From contig NW_005434672.1 in the NCBI RefSeq assembly GCF_000315625.1, positions 647,004 through 711,003 of the forward strand: 64,000 nt of DNA, in the 5' to 3' direction. The notes under the pieces were generated by a model. It was not told the origin of the DNA. It ran no database searches and saw nothing but the letters and a program-made list of their open reading frames with translations. This document shows positions 25,121 through 37,974 of the stretch, piece after piece; the stretch's first letter is position 1, and each line of letters starts with the position of its first letter. The stretch is from Guillardia theta CCMP2712 (Eukaryota > Protista > Cryptophyta). A program made the translations under genes and the position numbers.

Positions 25121-28100
25121 ATGGCGGAGAGCGCAAGCGAAGGTTACACCCCTGACTTGACGCCCCCCAGCTCGAGTCGCAGCAGAGGTAGAGCAGGAGG
25201 CAGAGGGTGTCAAGGTGCCTCTGAGGTGATGTCTGTGCTCCAGCGGCAGCAGAGAGCGTGAGGAACGAAGGCTTCCTCGAGATCCGCGTCAGCAATGGAG
25301 AATGGCTGCCGTGCTACGTGGTGCTGGACGATCAGCTGAGGTTGCTGCGACCTGGGACGAGCGACCAACTGACGAGCAGCAGGGCGTACAACGACGACAG
25401 AGACTTCAGGGAGGGCAGGCAGGAGCTGCTGGTTGTCGACCCTGAGAGAGCCCGAGTGGAAGCGCGTTCGGAGGACGACGATGAGCACATCTTGCATGTG
25501 GAGTCGAAGGGTGTGCAGAAAGACGCTCTCTTGCCTTCCTTTGACTTGCTTCTTCTGCTCAGACGAGTCGCTGGACATCTTGTTTCACGACAGGATGACC
25601 ATGGTACGCGGGCGGCGCAGCGGCAGGAGGTGATGGATGGGATGGCAGATGCTGTGGAAGGCAGCCATGTCAGGCTCGGAGTCGGAGACGCAGACGTTCC
25701 AGAGCAACGGGAAGATCCAAGGCCATCTGATGATCAAGTCCCAGAAGTTCTTCAAGACAAGATGGGACAAGTGACACACTCTTGTCCCTTCTGCTCGCCT
25801 CGCTGACTGTCACTCGAGGGTATTCTGCACAGTTGACCAGGTGAACTTCATGTGCTATCATAGCCTCAAGGATTTTCAAGCATCTGCAAGTCCACTAGAG
25901 ACTATCAGTACGTCATGCGTCTTAGCGAAGAATCTGTGGTTTCAACCCTCTGCCAGGAGTTGGGAATAGCAACGTTCAGTACAACGAGGAACACAACTCG
26001 TTTCTCGTATGTTTGCCATGTTGAGGCCTCGATCTGAGTTTCTCTGAAGCTTTACAACCCAACGAACAAGAAGACTCTAGAGTTCATGTGCGACACGATG
26101 GATGATGTCAGCCTCTCCAAGCAAGTGCACGTGCGCTGACCCTAATCAGTTTGTGATATGGCGGAAAGGCTTGCAGTCTGCTGATCCCAAGCAGGTTCTT
26201 GCTGTTGCCTCCCTGCAGTCAGAGGATTGACGCGTTTGACAGCAGAAGAATGTCGCTTGACAAGCTGTCGACTTAAGAGGTTCAGAAAGACTGAAATTTG
26301 GCCAGGTCGAGTCTGACCCGAGGCTACCGGCTGACGAGGAGAAGAACACGGTTATCGGTTGATGCAGCGACGACAAGAATTTGACTCATCTAGTCAGATT
26401 GTTCTCGAGGGATTTCTCGACTTGTGGTCCAAATATGCGGCGAGATGGTCGCGCGGTGAGTTTCAAGCTACTTCTGACGTGTGAGGCAGGGAGGAGAAGT
26501 ACATCGTTCTGACCAAGCGAGAGCTGCTGGTCTTCAGCGCCGATGAAGAGACTTTCTCCGACGACAAGGCTGAGGCGCGGATTCTGCTACGGGTGAGCCA
26601 ATGAGATAGAGCTCGGGGGATGGAATAGGAAAATGGTACAGGGAGGGGGAAGGGGGAAAGGGGGAAGACGAGGAGTCTGATTGACCACAGCGAGCAACGG
26701 CATCAGATGCATCAGATGCATCAGATGCGCAAGAAGAAGATCGGTATGTCCTTCGAGTGTTCGATGGCAAGAGGAGGAAGGAGTACCTGCTTGCCGCCTC
26801 CTCCGAGCAGAACATGATCGACTGGCTGGACGCGATCTTGGAATCCATAGAGCCGCCAACCCCCGTGGTGTACAAGCCAGTGGTGAGAGCGAGTGAGAGA
26901 GGGCGAGAGAGGCTGAGGCTGGTTGAAAGCCTCACGACGAAGATACCATGCATCGAAGAAGTAAGTTCGCTCTCGAGACCATCAGCTCGGAGAATGCGAA
27001 CGAGGCTGACGAGTATAGTCACGACAAGAGGTAGCAGAGAGGAGAGGAGAGGAGAGGAGAGGAGAGGAGAGGAGAGGAGAGGAGAGGAGAGGAGAGGAGA
27101 GGAGAGGAGAGGAGAGGAGCAGATGAGGAGAGGAGAGGAGAGGAGAGGAGAGGAGAGGAGAGGAGAGGAGAGGAGCAGATGAGGAGAGAGCGACCGATTG
27201 TTCTCGCAGTCACGATGAGACAAGAGAGAGTTCAAGAGATAGAACTCCCTTGACGTCCCAGAGGTACACTGAACTTTTCTTCTCCTCCCTCCCCTCCCCT
27301 CCCTTCTTACCTTCGTGCTCAACCGCAGAGCAACTCCAGTAAGAAGTTCAGCAACGTCACCTTCCCTGCCAAGGTCCCTTTTCTCTCCTTTGTCTCCTCG
27401 ACTGACCTTGAGGCTTTACAGCTCTCGCACCAACTCTCCGTCCTCCAGGCACAAGATCGAGGCGAGTTTCAGGGGATGAAGTCTTGAGGCAGGAAGCTGA
27501 ATGCGCTCGAGTCTGAGAGCGAGAGGCTCTCCCAACCATCGAGAGGGTCAACCGCCAACAAGACAAGCGTGACAGTGAGGGATCGTTTCATGTACATCAA
27601 GGAGGTTCTTCTCCTCCCCCCCTCTCCTCCTCTCACCCTCCATCTTCTAGGTCGCAGCCTTGAGGAGAAGCGCAGAGGAAGAGCTCTCCTGCAGACTTCA
27701 AGTGACTCCTCACGCCTCTTCCATTCTCCTGATGCTTCGCAGCTTGCAAAGGAAGTTCGACGACTGGAAAACGAGCTCAAAGAGCTTCAGCGGCAGCTCG
27801 ACGTGCTTGTCTTGCTGTCTGCAGTCAAATGATGAGAAGATGATGACAGGAGTCGAGTGCGAGAAGGGGAGGGCAGCGAGAGATGCTGATGGAGCTCGCA
27901 AGAGCAGTGAGCTTCCTAACTCGTCGTGAGGCTCCTCTGAGTCGATGCATGAAGGAGCAAGGAAACAAGGACGTCATGATCGAAGCGAAAGGGCTGCTGG
28001 AACAAGACTCGCAGACGGAGGGCATGACATGACGCTCGAGTGCTCGAGCAGGCGCATCTGATTGCTCGGCAGCTACGCGAGGCGACGAGACGCCAGAAAA

Positions 28101-30730
28101 GCGCAGCCACGTCGTCTCAGCCTTCGCACGAGAAGCTGCGAGGCTGATGGAGGTGAGAGCTGAGGCGACCGAAGCTCGTCTGAACCACCACAGGAGAACA
28201 GCAAGAACAAACTTCTTGCCGCTTCTCAGATGATGAGACGCGTCCAACTGGAAGTGACGCGCGAGAAGATGGCAGAAGATGTGAAGGACCTTTGCTTCCT
28301 TGCTCCTCCCTCACTTCCTCTCCCTAAGATTTTCTCCTCTTCTCCTGCCTGGCTTGGACGTGCCATCCATACCCTCACTTGGAAGCTCGACGACACGGCC
28401 AATAGCGAGCGAAATTCAAGTCGTCTGGTGAAGGAGATCGAGGATGAGAGCAAAGAAGAAGAAGCAAGCCTGCGGTCTCTGATTTCACAAACCTCTCTTC
28501 CTCTCTTCCTCTCCTCCTCTCTTCCTCTCTTCCTCTCTTCCTCTCTTCTTTCTTTCGCTTCTTCTCTACTTCTCTCCTGCTCTTCTTCTCTCTTGCTCTA
28601 CTTCTCTCTTGCTCTTCTTCTCTTTTCCTCTTTGCTTCTCTGCTTCTGTCCTTGTGTTCTCTTACCTTTCTCATATTGCCTCTGAAAGTCGAAAACTGGA
28701 CAAAGTGATCCAATCCAACGCCAAATTCCGCCAGATGATTCAAGTTTGACGCGCGAGGCGGGGAGAGTCTCTGACGGGCTCCAGGACGCGGCCAAGGGCA
28801 AGGCAGAGAAGCTGAGGAGACTTGAAAGAGACGCGGAGAAGCTCGCGGAGCCGCAGCTCCCCCTCATCCTCACGCGCGATGCAAGATTCCGCAGGGCCTG
28901 TCTGGAGAGCGTCGACCATTGCGACAAGGTGAAATTGAAGGTGTCAAGTCGTCGGTGAGAGATGAGGCGGTCAGATGCGACTGGAGGCTGTGGAGAGCGG
29001 GTACTGTGAAGCTCGAAGAGAGATGGTGGAGAAAGAGCTTGAGAGGGTGAGCAACAAACTTGCTCGAAGACACCTGAAGCTCTCGCAAGCAACTGCAAGA
29101 TCACCTGAATCTCTTCCAAGAGGCTCAACGCTTACGTCGAATGCTCTTTCACGCTCTTTCTTCAAGCACATCGAGTAATTCCGTTGGACTAGGTTGATAT
29201 GTCACCGCCTTCCCCTTTCCTCTTCCCTCCTCCCATTCCCTCTACTCCTATCTTCTCGCCTCCCCTTCCATCCCCTCTCCTTCTCCCTCCCCTCTACTCC
29301 CCTCCCCTCTCCTCTCCTCCTTTCCCCTCTCCTCAACTTCCCTTCCTCTCCACTCCTGTCTCGTGATTGCGGTGAAGGTCTGGAGCTCAAGGACGGGGCC
29401 GGGAGGGTCAACGGCGAGCAGGCGTTTCCTGTCATCGCTTCCATTCTCCCTGGATCCTCTGCGGCAGCAGCCGCCAGGAGCAGCCGCGTGCTGTCAGCTG
29501 GGTGTGAGGTTGGGGACAAGAAGGCCATGGCTGTCGCTCACGCGCTCATCTCAGCTCCTCAAGATCGACGGGCAAGACTTGAAAGGGGTGAGGGCGGAGG
29601 AGGCGACGATACTCTCCTACGGTCACCCGCTCCCTCCCCGCCAGCTTCTCTGAACCCCCCCAGGCGCCCCAGGCACTCACTCCGTCATTCTTGTCCGCAA
29701 GGAGATGGACGGCAAGCAGGTGGTGACGAGTCTTCGACGCTTCTCCTCTCACTCTCTTCTTGAGACCTCCGATGAACTCGCTCTCGTCCGAACTGCGACA
29801 GCTCAGTCTGACCCGGCATGGAAGTATGCGGCGAGCATGGAGCGGAAGGTGAGAGATGGCTCTTCCTCCTCCTACTCCTCCTCCTCCTCCTCCTCCTCTT
29901 CGCAGTGAGACTTGAGCAGGCCTCGTCCGCATCTTCTCAACTGGATGACGTGCAGATCTCAATCGCGAAGTTGGCAGGGCGAAGCTCAGCCCGTGAGGAG
30001 CGTGGGAGGTGTAGTGAAAGGTGATGAAGCGGCAGGAGAACAAGAGGTCAAGGCGTTGGAGAAAGAAAGAATCCAAACGATCTCAAAGGTCAGGCAGGCC
30101 ACACCTTCGACTTATGTAACGATGATGGTGACTGTTGTGTGAAGATGATGATGGTGACTGTTGTATGACGATGATGATGGTGACTGTTGTGTGAAGATGA
30201 TGATGGTGACTGTTGTATGACGATGATGATGGTGACTGTTGTGTGAAGATGATGATGGTGACTGTTGTGTGAAGATGATGATGGTGACTTCAGTTCAGAT
30301 TCGAAGGATGCAGTCCGTCTGCAGGACTTTGCTGTTGCACGTCAATGATGCGCAGACAAGACAGTGAGGGCTGCGGCTCATAACCTGTTAGCTCACGTGT
30401 AGAGCAGAGGAAGGAGACTCGGCCCTCAAGACACGCTCGGGGAGAGCAGGACGAGTGGGGGTGTCAATGGCAGGGGCGCGATGGAGGAGGAAGGAGAAGG
30501 TGACTGCGATCGAGACGACTCGCTGCTTCCCGATGGTTTCTGTCCTTCAGAATCAGCTGAAGACGGTCATGCATACATCTTGCTGGACCCAGGTGAGGAG
30601 AGTCTTGCTAGGAGCTCGAAGTGAGAAGCTGCTGGCATGCAGATACGCTGAGACCTGTCAGAGAGGGAAGAGACGAGAGGACGGGCCTCAAGAGCATGCT
30701 CTCCGACCTCTTGGGGACTGCAGCTTTTGA
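25121..30730 (+). CDS. Multi-exon PH, coiled-coil and PDZ protein; boundaries approximate, could be two genes
   Basis: PH-like EGFLEIR...WLPCYVVL and LEGFLDLW...EYLLAASSEQNMIDWLDAILESI; PDZ-like PVIASILPGSSA...LLKIDGQDLKGV; heptad-rich exons in between. Confidence 0.6.
27038..27188. repeat. (GAGAG)n microsatellite, intronic
   Basis: Seen directly. Confidence 0.95.
30121..30288. repeat. 26-bp intronic tandem repeat, about 6.5 copies, two alternating variants
   Basis: GATGATGATGGTGACTGTTGTGTGAA / ...GTATGAC. Confidence 0.92.
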
Positions 30731-30807
30731 CTTTTGACATCTCTTGTAAACAGAATGTAATCATGAGAAGAAGAAAAAAAAGAACAGACGACAGGGCTCT
30801 TCAACCT

Positions 30808-33764
30808 TTACAAGAATGAACCTCGTCGCGTGGTGATGTCGTATGAAGCTTCAAGCTTCTGCTTGTTCTCCTCGATTCCTTTCGTCATCGGCACAGCCAA
30901 CCAGGCGTCGCTCTCCCCAGCGATCACGCTTTCCACCTGCATCACCAGCAGACTGACGGATTCAACAGAAGCCTTGTGAGAGTCAGAGATGCTGTTCCAC
31001 CAGGTGACAATGTTGTTGAGCGACACAAGCGACTTGTTGTACCGCGAGAGCTTCTGCCGTGTGCCGTCAAACTCCATCCACGAGACTACAGCTGTAGCCA
31101 AGGCCATGCAGATCGCGCCATACTCCGCGCTTTCAATGTTGGCGACCGCAGCAGCAGCTGCGATCAGCACAATGATGAGCCAGTTGAAGAGCGCGACGCG
31201 AAACTTGTATAGAGGAAGTCTTCGACGGAAGAACTTGATCATGGTGTTGACACGGAGCTCCATGTACTGGTGCGAAGGCAGCGGGGAGTGATGGTTATCT
31301 TGCATCTCGTCAGCCTTGTAGGATTGTTTCCGAGGCGGGCAGTCTTGGTTCTGATGGTGAGTGAAGACGCGGGGCGGGTATTTGGCCATGAAAGAAGTCT
31401 GCTCCATGCCTGCTGACTCGATCAGCTCTGCTCGCAGCTGCATCACCCGGTCTCGCAGCTGCACGTCAGGAGCTGAGGGGTCGGCGATGACAACCTGGAA
31501 CGGTCCAGCTCTCGCCCGATACATCCAGATCTGACTCGTCAGTCGCGTCGCCACGTTCCTCAGCACCCGCCAGCGCTGCGTCGGGTTGTAGTAAGACGCG
31601 AGAGCCCAGACGACAGCAGCAACCATGGCAACGTAGAAGACAATGTCCCTGGCTCTGTTGCCGTGCTTGCAGACCATGCAGACACTGCAGTCGTCGAGCT
31701 TGACCTTAAGCAACGTCACAGCTGTTGTGGCGAGACCCACAAGCAGCAAGAAGAGGTAAAGACATCTGGACATGAGCTTGTAGCTGTTTGCAACATGCGC
31801 ACAAACATCGACAGTGTTCCATGCCTCCTGCAAGACTTTGAGGCCTTGCAATGAGTTCTCCTCCGGCGTCTTGCCGACGCTCAGGAACTTGTCGATGAGA
31901 GTGCGCAACCCCTCGAGGTCTCTGACATTCCGCCCAAAGAACTTGGGGGAGGAGAGCATCTTTGCTACCTGCTCCCCGTACTCAATGCGAGATTGATCTG
32001 AAATCTCCGATCTGAGCTCCTCAACAGTCTCCCACTTCTTTTTGAATCCTTTCTTCTCGCACACTTGAACGACTTGCCAGAAGCTTTGAATGTGCTCCTC
32101 TTTCAATGTGTTCACCACAAACTCTAGATCCTCTTTCCAGCTGTCTCTTTCGAGCGAATCGCCATCACGAAATTTATTTTTCCGGTCAATTGCTGCTGAG
32201 AGCGATTCATACTGACTGGAATCGAATGAAATATTCACCACTTTGTTCTCCTGCAGATCGTAATGCCCTTTGAGAACAGCATGGAGAAAAGAGATATTGC
32301 AGATGTCATACACTTCATTTTGAAAGTTTTCAAGCAACTTGTCACGGTATTGCACAACCTGTTTTGCTGCCGTCATGAGCTTTTCTCTTCTAGTTTCTCC
32401 TGTCACAAGTTGTCTGTCTCGAAGGTCCAAGAAAAGGACGGGCACCGAAGAGTTCAAGACATCCACGCAGACCTGAGGCAGATCAGCTGGAGGGAGAGAG
32501 AGATGGGCGAGGACACCTGGTTTTGCATGAGAGGATGGGTTCTGGTGCATCGCATTGCAAACGATGGGATCGACTTATTGAAATACCTGAAGATCAAGTT
32601 CTCTAGCGACATTGCCGGCAGCGTATCCCAATGCCTGAATCTCCCGTAACTGTTGAAAGCCGCTCCTTCCCAAAGGATATAATTATCAATACCAGCAAGA
32701 AGATCTGGATTGACCCACTTGCTTCTATCAGGACCCGAGTACTTCTCGTTGAATTCTTCCATCATATCGTAGTTCTTGCGGAAACTATTCGACCTGTTGT
32801 AGAGATGAAAGGCAACGCTGCCTTCTTCAGTCGACTTCCTTTGGAACACCCATCGCCATCCGAACCCCAACATCGAGAACGGCAGTTTCTCTCCCCACTT
32901 GGATCGCAGCAGGTTGGCTGCCTGGCAAAAGGCATGCGCCCCCACGTCCCAGTCTGACGCTGGCAGCAGAACAATCGCGTTGGTCTCGGCACAGAGGGGG
33001 ATCACGACGTCAGAGAAAAACTTGACGAGCTTAACCTTTGCCTCATCGAGTTCGATCGCATCAATTGATGGTCCTTGCTTCCCCGGAAGGAAATTATCAT
33101 TCCACAGGTGCCATGTTTCCGGGCTGAGGCTACAAATGCTGGACTGTGGATCGAACTCATGAGCTTCAAAGCTCGATGCAAAGGTGTTGGTGAACCATTG
33201 ATAATGTGCTGCACCTGATTCTGAGTTGAGAAGTTTGATAACAAGCCTTGGGTTCTCGTGAAGCTCAAAAGCATCTATCAGCTTTCCTATGGAGTCCATG
33301 TTGAAGGAAGCCGCCTGCCTGTTATTCAAAACCAGCAGCTTCTTGGCCATTCCAGAAGCGCCAAACTCAGTAGCAACTTCTTCAACTGCAAGGAAAAGCT
33401 GAGGTTAGCAATCGATTGCATCATCTTCGAATCAAGCAGGATAGATTTTACTCACCTAGCCCATACATAGTCTGCCAAACAGATCAAACCAAATCAATGA
33501 AATCAAAGGCAATGTCAAAGTCACCTTGGCACGGATGTCGAATTGCATGTTGGTTGGGTAGTCAGGGTATGGTATGGTTGCGCTTTCAGGCGAGAAGAGA
33601 AGGCTGGGATGGCGCATGCGCTGTGATTCAGTCACCTGGACGTGCAGGTGTCTTTGAGGACTTTCATGGTTGGCATGATGACCCGACAAAGTTGCCGTGT
33701 TCTGGTCTTCCTCACCATTGGTGGCTGTGCCAGGAAGAATGCTTTCATGCTTCAAGTCACTCAT
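30808..33764 (-). CDS. SLOG (LSDAT/TRPM N-terminal-like) domain plus two SLATT (DUF4231-like) two-TM modules
   Basis: PRLVIKLL, VVIPLCAETNAIVL, IDNYILWEG and SVPVLFLD follow the SLOG strand order; TM pair then YNPTQRWRVLR...SQIWMYRARAGPF; HHSPL...YMELRV...FF then a second TM pair and KLSRYN. Confidence 0.7.
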
Positions 33765-34420
33765 TGAAGCGATGATGCTTGATTAATAAAGTGACTAAAT
33801 GCTTGGCTTTGTTAAGAAAATCCTTGCAAGATAGATATTGAGTCTGCAGGGGTCAGGTATAGGACAACACGATTTAGCAAGAGCAAGTTTGAGATGATTG
33901 CAAAACAGTGAATCATTCACCGACAAACACAATCTTCACAAATTGTGGAGGAAATACTTGTTACCCCAGACTAAGGTGGTGGATCACAGATGGACAACAT
34001 CGGTACAGCAGAGCGAACTTGTAATGCAAAGGAACGGGAGTGCACAGATGACGGGTGAAGCGAATCGAAAGACAGACAAACTTTCAGTCTGTGATGAAGA
34101 GGGAAGTGAAGGGAAGGAAGCAGCACGAGATCAACGGAAGGAGAGACAAAGAGGAAGGGTGAAGAAGTAAAGGGAAGGACAAGATATAAAGAGCACTGAA
34201 GAGGGAAGGACGGGAAGGAAGGAGACAGGAGGGAGGAAGGGAGGGAGGAAAGGAGGGAGGGAGGGAAGGAGAAGCGAACCGACTGGAGATAGGCAGGTGG
34301 ACAATTCAACGGTAGTAGACCCTGCTATAATAGGTGGGGTGGAACAAGCTATATCAAGGGGTGGGGGTCCACTCCAGCCGGTCGTCAGGTATCATATCCC
34401 TGCCACTGTGAGTAATAAAA

Positions 34421-34506
34421 GTCCGGGGTCAGCTAAGCGAGTCCGGGGTCAGCTAAGCGAGTCCGGGGTCAGCTAAGCCACGGTCCGGGGTCAGCTAAGC
34501 GAGTCC
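34421..34506. repeat. 20-bp minisatellite GTCCGGGGTCAGCTAAGCGA, about 4 copies
   Basis: Seen directly; continues after 35312. Confidence 0.95.
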
Positions 34507-34519
34507 AAATTTTAGAATA

Positions 34520-35311
34520 TGTTGAAGTTCCCAGTAACCTTCTCTCCACAGATCGGACGGTGACACAATGACAGTGACACCCGAAGTAGACAGTTATAGC
34601 ACCGACTGCAAGTTTCTGTAGCAGTGGTAATAGATATCACGAATGGCCGCGCAGGAAAGATATCAGGATCACTGTGACAGAGAACAAACGGAGGTGATAA
34701 GAGATTGGTATAGATGGTCAAGCTTGTTTACTTCAAGCAATCCAGTCTCACAGAGACCATACACCTCGTTCTCCTTTCCCTGTCCTGCAAATGCGTGCGG
34801 CCCTTCTTCCTCTTCCTCGGTCCCTAAAATAGGGGCTGCCCGGTCCCAGGAACTACCACTCGGTGACTACCGGTACTCTACGCTTCTCAGTATCTGCGAT
34901 ATGATTCTTCGACCGGTCCGAGGCCTGGTTCCGTAGCTTGAGGGTTCCCTGAGAAACTTCGGAGTCATAGGCTTGACATGACGAGGTCTTCGATTCTCAT
35001 CCAACGCTCTCTGTGAAGTTGATGTAGCTGCTCCCTTGACCTTGACAGGTCCTGTGTCTCCGTAGGAGCATGCTTGGAGGTCACCAGTGGTCTCGTGTAT
35101 CCCTTGTAAGTCCTCCGCTAAGATGATCATGATAGTACTGTCTTCTTTGATCAGACCCCTTGTTCTCCCATGTCCATGACCTTATTGTAGCCGCTGTGTT
35201 GCTGTCCTCTCCAGGGATGCATTCCGAGGCTCTAAGCATCTGTGCACTTGAGCCACGTCGATTACTTGGCATTGTCTGAGGTGAAGCTTCCTCCTATCAG
35301 GTGCTTCAACA
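34520..35311. mobile_element. Solo-LTR-like 792 bp insert
   Basis: Begins TGTTGAAG and ends CTTCAACA (perfect 8-bp terminal inverted repeat, TG...CA). It interrupts the minisatellite and has no intact ORF. No clean TSD. Confidence 0.6.
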
Positions 35312-36180
35312 GTCCGAGTTCAGCTAAGCGAGTCCGGGGTCAGCTAAGCGAGGCGAGTCAGGGGTCAGCTAGGCGAGTCCGGGGTCAGCTAAGCGAGTCC
35401 GGGGCCCCGGGTCAGCTAAGCGAGTCCCGGCGGGGTCAGCTAAGCCTGAGACTCGCAAGCGTGAGTAACCGTGAACTTAAGTCCGGGGTCAGCGGAAAGT
35501 TTAAAGCCTCGGGCCCTGAGACAAGCGTGAGCAACTTAAGTCCGGGGTCAGCCGCAGTAAGCCTGAGACAAGCGTGAGTAACTTCAAGTCCGGGGTCAGC
35601 GGACTAAACCGGAAACTTCGTTTAAAGCCTGAGACAAGCCGCTGAGCGTGAGGGCCGCTTGAACTTAAGTCCGGGGTCAGCTAAGCCTGAGACAAGCGTG
35701 ACTCTGTGAGTACGGTAACTTAAGTCCGGGGTCACTGAGCGGAAAGTTTAAAGCCTGAGACAAGACGGTGAGCAACTTAAACTTGAAATCCGGGGTCAGC
35801 TAAGCCTGAGACAAGCGTCTGAGTAACTCACTGTAGTAAGTCCGGAGTCAGCTGGGCCTGAGCCCCCGAGACAAGCCTCGTGAGTACCGCGCGGCGCCGC
35901 CTCAGTTGAAGCGGCACTGCGGCAGGCTGACTCTGGCAGCCTAGCTTAGTAAGCCGCCTGAGACCGTGGCAAGCGTGAGTAACTAACTTAGTAACGGTAC
36001 GGTAGCCTGTCCGGGCCCCGGCGGTCAGCTAAGCCGCGGCCTGAGCGGACAAATAACTTTCAGTCCGGGGTCAGCTGAGCCCGGCCTGAGACAACTTACG
36101 GCGCGTGTCACCCCCTGGCCGCCGGGGAGTACTATAAGTCCGCCGGGCCGGGGGTCAGCTAAGCCCGGTGAGACAAGCCG
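35312..36180. repeat. Satellite array: 20-bp units, then alternating 42-bp and 51-bp units sharing AAGTCCGGGGTCAGC...AAGCCTGAGACAAGCGTGAG, increasingly degenerate to the right
   Basis: Seen directly. Confidence 0.9.
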
Positions 36181-36221
36181 CCGCTAGCCGCCCGCAAGTT
36201 CCGGGCCGCCCAGTGCCCGTA

Positions 36222-36684
36222 GGCTAAAAAGAGTCCGATCGTTGCAAGTCTGGGCCTGTGCCCGTAGGCTAAAAAAGAGTCGGTTTCTCTAGGCTTCTGA
36301 CCGCCCAGATCTGCCGTAGCTTCTCAAGCTACACCGACCGGGAATCGAACCCGGGTCTCGCCCGTGGCAGGGGCGTATTCTACCACTAGACCATCGGTGT
36401 GCGGGGCGCTGAAGCCCCTCAGTTCGATACCGACCACCCGTCCCTTAGCCTACATATCTCCTACTACCCCCTGATTACCCTACCCCCTCTTCTGCCTTTT
36501 CACAGGTCCGGTCTAACCCCTGCTTCCTCCTCCGTCCCGGCCCCAACCTTGCTTGTGCATGCTCGTGCCTGTGACCCGTTATCTCGCTACTAGTCTTTAT
36601 CTCAGACCTCTGAGGAGCATTCATCAAGCGCTGAGAGAATCACTTCCAAGTCGATGTCAGTCGGTAGCCGTTCAGCCATCAATG
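36222..36684. repeat. Left arm of an approximately 460 bp near-perfect inverted repeat (partner 37691-38147)
   Basis: Reverse-complement match. The ORF track shows mirror ORFs 36399..36593(+) and 37782..37976(-) differing by one residue. Confidence 0.95.
36330..36400 (-). tRNA. trnG-GCC: tRNA-Gly(GCC)
   Basis: 71-nt cloverleaf ACACCGA-TGGTCTAGTGGTAGAATA-CGCCC-CTGCCAC-GGGCG-AGAC-CCGGG-TTCGATT-CCCGG-TCGGTGT-A. Confidence 0.95.
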
Positions 36685-37000
36685 CACCAGTACAGACACA
36701 TCTACACATCTTTCGAAACTGCAAAAATATTCGATTCCAGAATAATAAATCATGATGTAGAGGTATCTGCGTTGATGTTGCTCTTTTATTGGTTTCTACT
36801 GAAACTCGTAAAAAAAAACATTCACATGGAACATTTCAGACATAGCCTTGTTGCTTTGAGCTATTGATCATGATATTCAAATATCAGACAATTTGAGGCA
36901 CAGCACTGCTGTTCTCAAGAATTCATCATGATATTGAAAAAATATTGAGGCGGAGGAATTTGATCTATCGACAATCTGATACAAACTTATCTTGTTATGC

Positions 37001-37693
37001 CTATGATTGTCCGATGCTCTCAGGCAAAAAGCCGGACAACTTGGTCAGAAGGAAGGGGCTCAAATGTTCTCGAGGAAGCAACCTTCTGCTCGAATTGTCC
37101 ATTCTGGAAAAACCAGAAATATAACCACGGCAATTCCGTGACCCGCAACTGCAGGTGAAAGGGTCGCTCATTAGCTGTCAGATATCGAAATCAAAACTCA
37201 GCCATCGAACCGAAAGAGATTACCCATTCCGTAGTCTCGTAGTCGAAAGACAAGCATTCAGATGGCTCTATGTCCTTGATGGCAATCAGGATGATCTCCG
37301 AATTATGGCTATCTATCAGAATCCTGCAATTTGGGTCGCACGAGTGACTGGTAAATCGGATGTTCCCGGAGCAATCAAGATGCTTCGACTCACTCAGCTG
37401 AACTGTATGCATGTTGGGTGAATCTGTAACCTATAGGAATAATCACAATTTACTAACATGGCCCTCAAAACATTGACAAGAGGAACATTACAGACCTTTC
37501 CCACTTCTCGAAGAATCCATGTGCCTGAAGGGATTTGAATGCTTGACTCTAGATAGCAGCCCAAAGGCGACAGCTGCTTCTTAACAAGTACTCTTTCTAA
37601 TGTAGTTCCACCGCTCAATGCGAATTCCGGCCTTGGATGTTTGGTTGGCCTCGAGTCCGGCTGTTCCAACGTGAAACTTCTCCTTGCCGACAT
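37001..37693 (-). CDS. Small SET plus post-SET domain protein (putative lysine methyltransferase); two introns
   Basis: HTVQL...HL...IRFTSHSCDPNC...IAIKDIEPSECLSFDYETTEW|LMSDPFTCSCGSRNCRGYISGF; intron 37431-37495 and a second short intron near 37175-37223. Confidence 0.88.
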
Positions 37694-37974
37694 TGATGGC
37701 TGAACGGCTACCGACTGACATCGACTTGGAAGTGATTCTCTCAGCGCTTGATGAATGCTCCTCAGAGGTCTGAGATAAAGACTAGTAGCGAGATAACGGG
37801 TCACAGGCACGAGCATGCACAAGCAAGGTTGGGGCCGGGACGGAGGAGAAAGCAGGGGTTAGACCGGACCTGTGAAAAGGCAGAAGAGGGGGTAGGGTAA
37901 TCAGGGGGTAGTAGGAGATATGTAGGCTAAGGGACGGGTGGTCGGTATCGAACTGAGGGGCTTCAGCGCCCCGC

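Noticed and set aside
34421-36180. CRISPR-like array
   Set aside because: The sequences between conserved cores are variants of the same unit, not unique constant-length spacers. No cas genes, and the context is eukaryotic.
36553-36867. 104-aa plus-strand ORF as a real gene
   Set aside because: It is the duplicated SET upstream region running into the antisense 3' flank, with no coding signature.
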